64,000 nucleotides of DNA from Euglena gracilis (GCA_039621445.1 CP154954.1:30384395-30448394), one strand, 5' to 3'; numbered from the stretch's first letter, positions 23,023-35,930 are shown. Numbers and translations are program-made. Notes: a model not told the origin generated them from the sequence alone.

Positions 23023-24071
23023 TCTCCCACCGTCCGCCGCCTCCTCCGCCTCTGCACCGGCAAGACCAAATCCTCAAGCACGCAAGCGGAGGGCCGAGCG
23101 TGGTCCAGATTCCTCTGATTCTGAAGAAGAGGGCCCAGGCGTTTTCCATTGCCCGTTTCCCCACTGTTGCAAGTCCTTCCGACATGGCTTTCAAGGCTGG
23201 AATACAAAGCGGCTCGCCACAAATCATGTGGCCATGGTTCACGTTGCTGCTGGTGAAATTCCATCATCCGTGTGGCTCCAAGAAGCGCAACGCTGGGTTT
23301 GTGGCCATTGCCTAAGAATGCTGCCGGAGCGGAAAAGGTGTGTGGGGGAGAACTGCGTTCGTGTCAGAGCAGACTCCACCCCAAGCCGCTTGCCACCACC
23401 GAGCCATCCTCCTGCAGTCCAGGCGGCCTCATCATCATCACGTAACCCCGCACCACCATGTTCCTCCTTGGACTTACCAAATGCAGCCATGGCTACGGCG
23501 GTTCACGATATCCTGTCCCTCACCAGGCCTCTGTTTCGGCACATCCCGCGTGCAGCCATACCCTTGTGGGGCATGGCATGGGCCAAGGTGCAACAGCGTC
23601 TCTGCTCCGAGCGCTCATGGGAGGCATTGCGAGATTGGGCCCTCTTTCAAAAAATCACACTTTGGTCCCCACGGGGTGGCAAAGCACACATGGGACAAGC
23701 TGCCCAGCTCATCCGCTCACGAGTCGAGCGTTTCAATGCAGGAGACCTTGCAGCCCTGTGGGACGAATATCGCCAGGGCATCCCGCCGCCGGACCGCAAG
23801 AAAAGAAAGAGCACATCACCACTCTCCCTCCATGAAAAGGTGGACAGACTACAAGAAAGCCCATTCCTCAACACACTCCGTGGCTTGATGGATGATGGCG
23901 CATTCGGTAAAGCGGTGCGCCATCTCATGTCGGATGGACTACACGACCCGCTGGACCTCAACGTGCAAACCAAGCTGCGGGATCTGCACCCAAGAAGGCC
24001 AGAAGTCATGTGCACCGAACCCATTGCAAAGGCATTCCCCTTCCCAAAGGAGGACAGCAGCCAGGATCAAC

Positions 24072-25564
24072 GAAGACGGTGGTGGGGCGAACCGAATCCA
24101 CCGACCAGTGGCACAGCCTTCTGAATTTGTCAGAGTTCGTGGGAGGGGAGCTATGTACAGATGGGCGAGGCCCATGGGCAGCATAGGTATAAGCGGTGGC
24201 GGAAGAGGGGAGAGGAGAACGGTCGAGGGTGAGGGGGACTGCGTGTGCTCGAGGTGGTCGGGCGGGTGCCCGGCTGCCGGGTTGGTGAGGTGCTCCGAGG
24301 GCGCCCCAGTTTGTGCTGGCGCTCTCTCGGTGGCGCTCCTTCTGTGGCGGGTGCGTGCGGTTGGGTGGCCTTGTGGGCCACCATTCGGCGTCTGTGGTGT
24401 TTGTGTTCCCTGGCTGTTGTTGTTGTAGTTGTTGTTGTTTGTTTAACGGAGCAGGTGCTTGGGCTGCAGGAGGTGGAAGACCTCTCGTAGCAGGGCGATG
24501 GCCACGTTCTGATAAATCTCTGCCTCCTTGATTTCTCGTTCGGCGCCCTGTTGCCAGGACGAGGCGCGTTTGGCCACTCGGCCTAGCGTCTTGGCTGTTT
24601 CGGGGCCCATGCCACCCCATGTCCCCAGGGCGAACGGCGTGAAGCTCCACCCTGCTTGCTGGCAGGGGATGGTGTACTTCTGCTTCTTGGCCTCCTCCCT
24701 TCTCTTTAGGAAGGACCTCCAGCGCTCGCGGGTGGCATTCTGTTCTGTGGTCTGCCATCCGTGGCAGACGGTGACGTCCAGTGCCGTTGGCTTTCCCTCA
24801 GACCAGCAGTCAAGTAGGAGGTCCGCCGGGCGGAGGTGACTGTCGCGGGCCGTCGGCAGGGAAACTTCCTTCTGTACCCGCTGTCCGATGTTGGACAAGG
24901 TTTGAAATAGCGCGTCCTGTACAGCGTTGTGGCGGGTTGCGAAGTTGTTCCTCCGGCAGCAGAGGAGGTGGTCGCCCTCCTTGTCCAGGGGTTGGCCGCA
25001 GCCTGTGCACGGCTGGCTGATGTCCGTCAGCACCGGGAGGCCCAACCACCATTTTAGACCCGGGGTATAGTCTTCGCTGGAGAAGGTGGTATGAGAGTTG
25101 TTCGAGGGGCAGGCCGCCATCCAGCCGTGTCCGAAACCCGTGGCCTGTTCCAGCAGGCGGTTCTGGTCCCGGGGCCGAGCCTGGTCCACTAGGTCGTCCA
25201 TTGCCTTCTTGCCCAGCTCGTGATTCCACCACTTCTGCTTCCGCGGCTCCTGGTCCGCGGACGCGATTCGCTGTGGGTTGTTAAGGAAGGTGGTCACGGT
25301 GGCATGGTTGGCACCCAGCCTGCCCCTGAGGTCGTCCAAAACGGGTGTGACCAAGGTAAGCTGCGGGCTGACTGCGTAGTCCGGCACTCCCACCCGCCGG
25401 GCCCCGTCTGAGTAGAAATCTGCGAGGCAGGAAATCCTTGCCGCGGGTTGGGTGTATGACGGTATGCGAAGGCCGCAGCCGCCACTTGACAGGGGCAGCG
25501 AGGCCTGTGTCCGCTGTTGCGAGTTTAGCGCCGTGCCCAGTATCCCAGTATCAGTATCAGTGCC
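24072..25564 (-). mobile_element. 5'-truncated CRE-like element (family 3) inserted antisense into family 1
   Basis: 14-bp TSD CAGCCAGGATCAAC at 24058-24071 and 25565-25578. ORF 24443-25393 has CTGC..DHLLCC, RHN and RPADLL..LDVT..K. Family-B tail at 24076-24119. Empty site near 7517. Confidence 0.92.
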
Positions 25565-28500
25565 CAGCCAGGATCAACACGATTTGAACAAGTTTCTACG
25601 CGAGACGCTACTGTCCTTTCCAAAGGCTTCTGCACCAGGTCCGGATGGCTTGAGACCACAACACCTCCAAGACGTGGTGCGTGTGGATGCAGGGGCATCT
25701 TCATTCGTGGTTGCTGCTCTATGCATGTTCACGAAAGCGGCACTGGATGGGTCCTTGCCTGCACGAGCAATGCCGTTCATCTCTTCGGCTACCTTGATTC
25801 CTTTGAGGAAGGAGGGCCCCACTGGCAGCTTGAATGTCCGACCCATCGCCGTGGGAAACACCGTCCGCCGCTTTGTGGGGAAGTTTGCCATGATGTCACC
25901 GTGTGTGAGGCAGCGAGCAGCAGAACTACACCCGCAACAATGTGGAGTGGCCACAGAAGGAGCGTGTGAAACCATAGCACAGGGCCTGCAATCTTTCGTA
26001 CAACATGCACAAGGTGATGCATGGGGCATCCTGCAGGTGGACTTGCAAAATGCCTTCAATGCAATCGATCGGCAAGCAATGCTTCATGCTGTACGCAAAC
26101 GCGCACCTGAGCTCGAAGGATGGGCACGACTTTCTTACGCGTCACACTCCGCCCTCTACACCTACGGACATCGTATGACAAGCGAACAGGGTGTGCAACA
26201 AGGCGACCCCCTTGGCCCGCTCTTCTTTGCTCTGGCTTGGCAAGATGTGGTCCAAGCTCTCCCAAAAGACCTCGCCTTGAACGTGTGGTACCTGGATGAT
26301 GGACACCTTGTCGGGTCGATGGATGCCTTGGCTGCTTCACTTGCCACAATCAGCCAAAGTTCCGTGCACCTGGGGGTGCAATTGAACCTCCAAAAATGTC
26401 GCCTGTGGGGCCCTGCGCAACACCCAACTCCGCACGGAAACCATTTCGACATGCTGCGATCAATACCCCGTGTGCCATGGGCACCTGATCACGGATTGCG
26501 GGTCCTTGGCTTTCCGGTTGAACACCCCTCTTCGGCAACGTTTTGCAAGCGCGAGATGCAAGCCATGGTGGACAAGCTAGAGGAAGCGTGCCACGTCGTC
26601 AGCAACCTCAGAGACCCGCAATTTGAGCACATTTTGCTGCGATATTGTCTTGATGCCTGCAAAGTGATGCATTTTCTGCGGACGTTGCACACGCACGCCC
26701 TCCAAGGACCACTCCAAGAGGTAGCACGAGTGATCCGGAGAACATGGGATGACATTCTGGGGCAGCCTGCCGCCAATGATGCACAGTGGACGCAATGCTC
26801 CCTCCCGCTCCGGATGGCGGGGCTGGGAATCAAGGACCCCCTTGTCCTCCAAGCACCAGCCAGAATGGCGGGTATCTTATGTGCCCAACACCGCTCACAA
26901 CTGCTGCGGTTTCCGCCAGAGGCATGTGCTTTGCCTTCCGACTTCACGATGGTGGCCACAAAGTTGCAGGACACGCTAGGCCCGCAGTTCGCGCCACTGC
27001 AAGAATGGACTCAGCGAAACTTGCCCATCAATTGTGAAGACGATCATCGAAGGCAGCAGTGGTGGACGGAAAAGGTGCATCAAGCCCGGAAAGATTCCTT
27101 GAAGAACACGCTTCCTCAAAGAGACAAGTGCCGCTTGCGCCTGCAGTCAATGCCCCACACAACCGCATGGTTGCGAACGGTCCCGAACAAGGGCATTGGA
27201 ACAAAAATACCCGCATCAAAGTACCGTTTGCTCATCCGATGGTGGCTTGGTGCCAAGATCTTGCCGGGCTCGTCCGGCGCCGCATGCCCCTTGTGTGGTG
27301 ACTCCCTGGATCCCTTTGGGGACCATCTGCTATGTTGCAAGAAAAACAAGCTTGTACAGCGCCACAACGCTGTGCGAGATGCGCTGGCGATGGTCCTGAA
27401 GGAGAATGGCGTGCACACAAGGACAGAAGTCACAGTCGGGGGAAAGATGCGCCCAGCAGACATTGCGCTCCAGGGAGTGGATCCCTCAGGACCACTGGCG
27501 GTCGACCTTGTCGTGTTCCACCCTCTCAGAAAAGATCTGTCCTGGGACGAAAGCGCAGCCCTCAAGAACATGGCAGCGATGGAGAGCAAGAAGATCGCAA
27601 AGAATCAGCCTGTGTGTGAATCGGCTGGTTGGTTGTTCAGCCCACTCTCCTTTCACCCATGGTCAGGCTTGGGCCCACTCGGCTCCGGGCTCCTCAGCCG
27701 CTTGGTAAAGCAGGTGTTGGGTGACCAACAAGGGTGGGCAAGGCAACACCGGGCGGCAGACATATGGCAACGAATATCGTCAGCTTTGATGGCTTTCGTG
27801 GCGGAGCAGCTATCTGCAGCCACAGCGGCAAGAGGACATGATGAGCTGCCACTGACAACCACATCGCAGGAGGTGCAACCGGCTCCAAACAAAGCACAAG
27901 GTGTGACCGCAGTGGCGGCTGTGGACATGGAAGGATGGCAAAGAGTGCTCCAATCGGAAGAAGGGACCTTGGTCGGCCCCATCCGCATCCAATGCATGCG
28001 CCCGAGGTGAGACACCCGGCAAAAAGGAGATGGTAGCACCATCCCCCCCCCAAAAAAAAACCGCAGGGCCCACGCCCCTCTGGGCAAGGCCAACGAGAAT
28101 CGAAGTGAAACATGACAAGTGACAGGCGGGTGCAACGGCTCGCGGTGACCCGTCCCGACGGCCAAGAACAGCACGCCGACACGGGCGACGCGCTCGCACG
28201 GGCGACGCGCGGGCACGACACGCGCGAGACACGTGCGAGCCGTGCCGAGCCGTGCCGAGCTGTGCCGAGCCGTGCCGAGCCGTGCCGAGCCGTGCCGAGC
28301 CGTGCCTAAAAAAAAAACCCATCAAGGGCATCAAAATCATTTTCCTCTCACAGGGTTTTCCTCTTTTTACTCCTTGGAATTGTCAATTGGTGCAATCACA
28401 AACAATTATCATTGTGAATTCAAGTGTTGGAATTACATTTGCAAATGGAAAGTCCAATTGAGAACAATCAATCATTTGAAGAAGGTGAGGTTTGTCTTCC

Positions 28501-28979
28501 CCCCACCTCATCTGTGGGAAAAGGGGCAGGGGGGTGGGACTCCTCAACTCAGGCAACCACTGGCCAAATTTCACACCAAAACCCCCTTTTGGCCCAGAAA
28601 CTGTGAGAAATGACACCCAGGGGGGGCTGTTGGCTCTCACTGGTTCAGCTGAGCAGGGAGGGGTTGAAACCCCAAAGGCACCCCCCTTGGAGATCCCAGT
28701 GACACCCCCCTCAGGGGTCGGGGAGGGTCCACTGGGAAGTTTCTCCTTGGGGGGCGGCTGGCCGTCCGTCCGTTCGAGCCGTCCGGACCTCTTCAGCCGG
28801 ACCAATGCTGGACGCCCAGCCGTCCGTCCGGACGAAGCATTTTTTCGCCAGCCGTCCGTCAAGCCGGACCAATGTCTGTCTTTCCAGCCGGCCGGACCAA
28901 AAAAAAAAAATTCCTTCCTTCCGAAAAGCAGTCACGGCTTCCCTTTACTCGTCGCGTCAAATAAGGAAAAACAGGAAGT

Positions 28980-29051
28980 TGCCCCCGGCGGGATTCGAAC
29001 CCGCGACCTACCGGACGCACGCTAACCACACGACCGCTATACCACGGGGGC
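28980..29051 (-). pseudogene. Mirror copy of tRNA-like element
   Basis: Reverse complement of 2450-2521. Confidence 0.7.
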
Positions 29052-30516
29052 GATATCATTCTCATCCGTGTACTTTTATCAAAATTATTTTTGCCGCCTC
29101 AGAGAAAACAAGAAGTTGGAAAAATCATCTTGAGGTTGAATGATAAATACCACAGAAATAGGCCAGTGCATCACCTCTGATACGAACCTTGCAGTACGGG
29201 GCAGCTCAGCGGACATGGTACTGTAGATCTGACATGTTGTGAAGGAACCCTGGACCGTTACTTCCGGTTGGAGATCTACGCGATCTTTCTATCTTTCTTG
29301 CGCTTCGCCTGCGCTTCCAAAGACCCGGCCGGCTAGCCGGCCCGCCGGCCAGCCGGCCAGCCGGCCAGCCGGCTAGCTGGACCAAGTGCATTTTCTTCAG
29401 CCGTCCGGACCAAGCCCACAAGGTCAGCCGTCCGTCCGGACCTTCGCTTTTTTCACCATCCGTCCGTCCGTCCGTCCGTCCGCCCCCTTGGAAATGATGG
29501 CCCAGCTTCGGCCACAGGGGGGTGCAGAATGGGAAAAAATTTCCGACACAAGTCGGCTCGAGGAGCCAAAAAACGATCCTACGCCGGAAACTCGCCCGGG
29601 GCGGGGGTTTCTGCTTCACCCCAGTACTGCCGGGGGACATGGTAGCACGGGTGTGAAACACACTGTGCGGAAAGGAGAGACACCGAATGGAGTAGTAGTG
29701 AACCCCACCGGGGAAGCGTCAGATATCCTGACTTGACCTGGGAATCCCTGGTCCTTGAAGGAAATCGGGCGTAGCCCTGGGAGGGGGATGTGTACCAGGC
29801 ACGTCCCAGCTCTGTAGGATATCTGCAGAGTGGGTTCTGTGACGGTCGCACCACTGTGGAAACCACAGTTGGTAAGATCGTGGCAGACCCTTCTGGGATC
29901 TGCCCCTGGACACGTCAGCACTTTTCTCTACTCCCCCACAGGTGGTATTCTTTACTGTTAAGCTTCCAAAGTTTCACCATTGGTTTTGTCAGAGGGAAAA
30001 TCCCTCAGAACAATTGAACTTGACTCCAGAAGAAACTTCTGAAGTCTTTGTATTGTGCTTTGCCTCTTGGGGAATTGGGGACAAAAGGGGAAAACCACTT
30101 TTTGTTACTCCAAAGACTTTTCCCTACCATAAGTAGGCTGCACACCAAGGCGAAAGCGAAAGGCTTTTTCAGAAAGTCCCAAAAAGGGGAAAAGGGAAAG
30201 CTTTGGACGTTCACTGAAGCCCAGTCTGGGTTGAAGGCGGGGCCCCACAGGGTGCACTTCTCGGCATTCAAGGCAACACCAACGAGAGGTCCTTCCTCCA
30301 ACACGAGGTGTACTACCGCTTCGAGTTGTCGCGGGTTCCCCACGACGTGGGCGTCATCCAAATACCATGCCTGCCAACCGCACACTGCATGGATTTCCTC
30401 CACAAGGAAGACCCCCCCTGAATGACCCCCCTTTGGTCCCGGCTAGGACCCCGAAGGGTCACTCAGGGGAGGGTCGTTTAGGGGGGTCGAGAAAAAGGGT
30501 CTCGGATACCCCCCTA

Positions 30517-31043
30517 AACCCCCCCCCCCAAATATAAGAAACCCGTTTCTTATATTTGGGTGTCGGCCGATCGGCCCAAAGGGTTTCTTATATTTGGGGG
30601 TTTCTTATATTTGGGTGTCGAAGGCCGGCCCCAAGGGTTTCTTATAAATGGAACTTTTTCTTCCTTCGGATCATTCATATAATTAATTACATGTGACCGC
30701 CGTCCATAGGATTCTTCATGTCTGACTGCCATTGGAGCAGTGGGGAAGAGGGTCGTGGCATGGACAGGTGCCTCCAAAAAGCAGTTGCTGCTGAACTCTT
30801 GCTTTGCAGAGAAGCAATAGATTGGACTGGCTTCATCTTTGTGTTGACCGCGCCTTGAGATTTGCTGTGGCCCATGGTAAAAATGAGGGGTTTCTTATAT
30901 TTGGATTGGCGTCCAACAGCCCAGGGGTTTCTTATATTTGGGGGTTTCTTATATTTGGGTGTCGGCTGAAAATCAGCCAAAGGGTTTCTTATATTTGGGG
31001 GTTTCTTATAGCGAGGGGTTTCTTATATTTGGGGGGGGGGGTT
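30517..31043. mobile_element. Tc1/mariner/pogo-type MITE (TA TSD)
   Basis: TIR AACCCCCCCCCCCAAATATAAGAAACC, internal TTTCTTATATTTGGG repeats and flanking TA. Empty sites near 1585 and 50267. Confidence 0.8.
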
Positions 31044-31687
31044 TACCCCTTTTCGGATTTTTTTGTGAAATTTATGTTCTCTGGCATCATTTCCACCAAA
31101 AGGAAACCACGCTTTTCTGAAAATCTCAAAAAATCAGAGGTTTTTGTATCTTCAAAAAAATTTATTATCTGGACCCGGACCGTGGAGGGTCATTTCATCA
31201 ATCAGGCCGTGGTCTCCTCATTGAAGGCATCCACGTTAAGTTAAGGATTGCTTGCCGTACCACCGATTCCGGCACTGCATAGGAATCGTGGCGCCACCTC
31301 GCTTTGCCACGTTTTGAAGCCCCCCCCCCCCACCTACAGGGCTTGATGATACCACATCTTGGTACTTTGACAGGAGTCGGGCAGCCAAAACGACAGGTGA
31401 AAGACTCCTCCATCAGGGGGGACTGGGCCCTACCCCCCCCCAAGGGGGCTAGGCCCTCCCCCGAGACCTCCAGCTGTAAATTCCCAGGTGAAGGCATCAC
31501 CACTGGGACACCTCCCAAACCTGTCACATAATCAACCAAACGGGGGGGGGGGCAGTCGATAAGCCAACTCATGCTTCACACAACCCCTGTGCCTCCCTTG
31601 CGTGTTCCTGTGCTGTCACATTTCATCCTTTCACTGCAAATGATGGAGGTGGATTAAGCGTCTGAGAAGTGGTGTAATGTTGGGTTC

Positions 31688-34600
31688 TTTTTTGAACAAA
31701 ACATTCACTACGGGTAGCACAGCTTCACCCAGACCGTGCCCCGGGCCCAGGGAGACGTCTCTTTTGGCCCTCGCCACAAGGAGAAACTCCTCGTGACTCC
31801 CTGTGCGGCCACAGGTCGCCGGTAGATACTATGGGTGTAAAGTACAGAAAGTACAAAGGCATGTCCCGCGGTCAGTGGTTAGAGGAAAATGGGAAAGTCC
31901 CATCTTCAATATATACGGCGGGGAGAGCGGGGGGTGTGTGCTTTGCTTGCCACTGTTGGCGTGTTTGTGTCATTTGCTGATTTTTCTTGGTGTTTTTGTT
32001 TTCAGAGCCGTCCGAGTGTGGTAGGTAAGAAAGATGGCCCCGTGGCCATTGTTCTGTGTGGGCCACCGAAGGTGGTAGAGGTGATAGAGGTGGCAGGTGC
32101 ACTGGATGAAGTCACAGTCAGAAATACGGGGAATGCGTACCAGCGCTACTGCAGTCAAGCAGTTGCTCAGGACACTGTCCCCATGCCAGTTGTCGTGCCA
32201 ACTCGCGCATCAAAGCCATTCCAAGCCCCTGCCATGCACTGGCCTCCACACCCCGCCTCTCCCAGCCGTTATGTTGGCTTGTTTGGAGGCGGATGCATGT
32301 GGAGACGAATCCTTGGCTTGCTTCACTCATGCCACCGTAACAGTCCATCACCAGTGGGATAAATGTCCAACCTCGTCGCTTGCAAGGCTCCCCATATTTG
32401 GCGATTTTGTCTCCTGTCGATTGTGCCAATTGTCCACCTGAGCTGGAGGTGACCTGGAGGGTGCAAGTGGGTGCCTCACTGTGACATCAATGGCTACGGG
32501 ACCATTTGCGTCGAATCGAGTGATAAAAACATCACCCGGTCGTGTTCCATCCTCGGCTTTTTCTTCTCGACGTGCAGGGAAGCCAGCTCGTTGTGCCAGA
32601 TTCAAGACAAAGCTTTGCACTGCCCCGTGCCGCCGAACGAGGTTGTTACCGTGGCAGCAGACGAGGTGGTGGCCGGCTGTGTCAAGTGGGCTCATGCATC
32701 GAGGACATCCAGGAGAGTTGCTTTCTTCTGTTTTTACCACAGGAGCGCCAAGCGTCCATTGGAGGAGGGCAACAACTTCTTTTGTGGGAACAAGGGTTTT
32801 TGTGCCAGCACAGGGGACTGCACACGTCCAGGCCATGGCATGAGGCCTTGTTTGGCAGGAAAATTGAATGGCATCGGATCCGGACAGGGACTTTTCCAGT
32901 TTCTTTTGGCGCAGAATTGAGCAGACGTTTCCCCAGTGTTTCTGTGACACCATCTCTCGTGGTAGTTGGGTGGCACGGGTGCAGTCATCAGTTAAGGCCT
33001 GCAGGGGCTGACCTTCAACCACAACGATTTTGAGCAATGTCAGTGCGGAGTCAAAATCCGGTGGTTTCATATTGCGGATTACAAAGTCTGGCAGCCCCAG
33101 CATCGTTTCAGCCCTTTGGAGAAAGTCCAGTTGGGCTGACCATCGTGCAGCGAGTCGGCATTCCTGCGGATCCTTAATTCCTAGTCCCCCCTGTGACCAC
33201 TGGTTGTCATCAACGATGCAACTCAGTGTGTTTCGTAAACAGTGGCTCAGCAACAAGCATTGGTCCCAAGCTAGAGGCAGTGGAGTTCCCCTCAATAAGT
33301 CATTGACGCGACACGCATCCAAACACTGTCGCAAAAGGGTGTACTGGACATGGGCACTTGGCACAAGCTGTAGGATATTGCATGCCTTCAGAACCATTTC
33401 AACTTGTGGAGCCCAGACAGTGGAGGCGAACCCCCCCCCCCTGCTGGGTGGCAGACTGGCAGTCCAAGGTCCTTGAGGCCACTTGCTTCAGAATATGCCT
33501 GCACTGGGATTTGTTGGAGCGGGGTTGTGTTGGTTGGGAGGCTGGACCATTCCATTCCAAAGGCAGGTCCCCACAACCGACACTTGTACATATTCAGGGA
33601 AACCCCAATGAGGGGTCCTTCGGAGATCAGGCGGTGAACTTTGGGGTTTTCGGGCGGGACCCCCCCACCCCCCCTCTTCATTGGAAATTCATGGACGAAC
33701 TTCACCGGTGAACTTCACCGGTGAACTTCACCAGTGAAGTTTCTCCATGAAATTCCTTTAGGGCTGCAATTGGACTTTGCAAATGCCTTCAACTGCCTGC
33801 GCCGTGAAGGTATGTTGGACGCTGTTCGAGAACGCTGCCCTGAGATGACAGCATGGATGGAGAGCTGCTACAGTGAGCATTCCACTTTGTACTATGGTTC
33901 AACCTCCTTCCGCAGCAAAAGTGGCGTGCAACAAGGTGACCCATGTGGTCCTGCGGCGTTCGCAATTGCAATTCAAAATCTGGTTGAAAAAGTGGGTGAG
34001 CTGGTCGGATGGCAAGCATGGTACTTGGACGATGCCCATCTCGTGGGCACCCTAGAACAACTGGAAACAGCAGTCCAATACATTCTGCGTGAAGGAGGTT
34101 AGGCAGGGGTGGGGGTGGGGGGGGTTGGGGGCTCCGCCCAACAAGCTGCTGAAGCCCAATGGCGACAATGGAACAAGGATCAGAATGGCCAACGCCAAAC
34201 TGTCCAGGTAGATTGTTGTGAACTGCTGTTCTCACCACTTCCTGTCTCATGATCATTTTTCCCACCAGACGACGCAGGCACTCGCCCGCTGCTATGGGCC
34301 TGGTTCCCTCTTCTTCTGGAGTAGGTGGGCATTGGTTGCCAAAATCATCGGTGTTTTTTTGCTGCCTTCACTTTCCGCAAGGCTGTCAGTCTGGCTGCTG
34401 CCATGATTGCTGCAGGTCCTTTTGGCAGCCCATTGTCAATGGTGCGGTAACAGAAGGTCGTGAGTTCGTCCAAAAGGTCATCTGCATGGCAACCTGCATC
34501 ATGACCCAGCAAACACCGAAGGTGGTCGGGCCTCAAGCCAGAGGGGCCTGGGGAGGATTCTGGGCCAAAGCTGAAGACTGCCTTTCGCACTATGGTCCGG

Positions 34601-35340
34601 CGTTGTTGCATGTCTTCCTCAGAAGTGGCAGCTGGTAGCGAACGTCTCATGGTCGCCGGGCCAAGTCCAGGAGGCGGTTCATGTGGATGTAATTGCCGGA
34701 GGCGTTCGCGTACCAAGGGGTTGTCGGGATCTTGAACGCCCTCAGAAGTCAACAAATTGCAGGCTTTGGATACTGCACCCCTGCCGACCAGTCGTTCCAG
34801 TCTGGAGACAAATTCTTCTTTTGTTACTTCTTCCTCTTTCGAGGCAGCCAGTCTGGTACGTGGTCTCTTTCGTGTGTTAGTGCCTCCCAATGGAGAAGAG
34901 GTGTCCTTCTAACTCTCCAGCGTCGGGCGGCTTAGGTATTGTCGTGCACGAGCCTGCAGGATGCGACCAAGACGTGCCCAGTGACCGTGCCCGCCACGGC
35001 CGAAGGGAGCCAGCACTGCCTTGGGAAAGCACCAAAGGGCGTGCAAGGCTTCCCAGGTGCTTTGTTCGTTCAGGCGGCGCATGAGTGTGCAATAGACCTC
35101 GGCCACAGCTTGGATGGCCCCGCGAGGGATGAGGCCGATGGAACCACGGCGATCGTGGGCGATTTCATCCCAAGTTGGATGGAGGTCAGGGCATGGTCCT
35201 GAAAGGGGGTGCGTTGCGGCATCAATGTTCATTTCGATGCTCTGAGGCAAATGAGCGGAGGCAGGATTGGATGGCAGTTCGCTTTGAGCTGGGTCTCCCC
35301 CAATAAGGTCCAGAAGGAGCTGTTATAGATTCCGGCCATC
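31688..35340 (-). mobile_element. Degenerate CRE-like element family A with inverted RT core
   Basis: Minus-strand pieces 34909-35250, 34345-34890 (SPGPSGLRPDHL), ~34100-34300 (RPIAAG...QFGVG), 33388-33625 and 32348-33397 (CPRC..HHLVCC, RRH, RPGD). RT motifs A-C lie on the plus strand at ~33758-34100. Confidence 0.85.
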
Positions 35341-35401
35341 TTGCGAAGTGGTTTCTAAAAGTGGGAGCACTTGCACAGGTCACCACTGTCGCTTGGGGCG
35401 C

Positions 35402-35449
35402 GGAGAAGGAATTTTATCCTGTGGTGACATTCAGCCCAACCCAGGCCCC
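35402..35449 (+). other. 2A-like motif GEGILSCGDIQPNPG|P (E->Q variant)
   Basis: LSCGDIxxNPGP next to the 5' end of the family A element, but on the opposite strand. Confidence 0.7.
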
Positions 35450-35930
35450 GCAGCACCACCACAGACTGATATCGACTTCAGTGAGGATCCGGCGAGGGCT
35501 GTCGGCTTCCTGATGGCAACTGCCTCGGTCCCAGTCATGGTGGGCATGCGTTCGGGCCAGCTCATCGTTTTCCTTTGGCGTTCAAATTTCGGAGGTCTGC
35601 AGAATCTGGGGGCTTTGGCTCCTGGGGTTGTTCTGGTTTTATGGTGAATTTTCGCTGCCAGGGTAGGCTGTGTGCTGTCTTTTGCAGGAGTGTAAGGCAC
35701 AAGCACTTTTCTTTGTTTGGCCGACGTTGGGTGGTTTTTTCCTATCAGCGGAGAGGGAACCTGGGGGTTGTCAAGTTCATTTTGCTGAGGTGGGAAGGTT
35801 GCAGGCCAGCAGAATCTGACAGAACTGGCTGGCTGGGGGGCCACTGTTGCACGCCAAAATGTGGAGGAACATGGTTTGCCAGTTTGTCGGGGGCTTTTCA
35901 GGCTGAGAGCAACAATGGTGTCAGGGGGGG

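Larger units (their letters stand above)
21784..28010 (+). mobile_element. CRE-like retrotransposon family 1, right copy; a single ~1428-codon ORF once two insertions are removed
   Basis: 21784-22597 + 23031-24071 + 25579-28010 join in frame: Pro-rich leader, 2A, C2H2 finger, RT (YLDD), CCHC, PD-(D/E)xK endonuclease. Confidence 0.92.
18601..32636. repeat. Right arm of giant inverted duplication IR1
   Basis: Mirror of 1-14534. Carries its own extra segments (24072-25564, 29581-30181, 30517-31043) and lacks 4457-5971 and 10978-12490. Confidence 0.95.

Noticed and set aside
1-32636. IR1 as a simple fold-back/MDA chimera, or as TIRs of a giant virus or Polinton
   Set aside because: The arms differ by TSD-bounded insertions, so it is not a fold-back read. 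No polymerase, integrase or capsid genes are seen.
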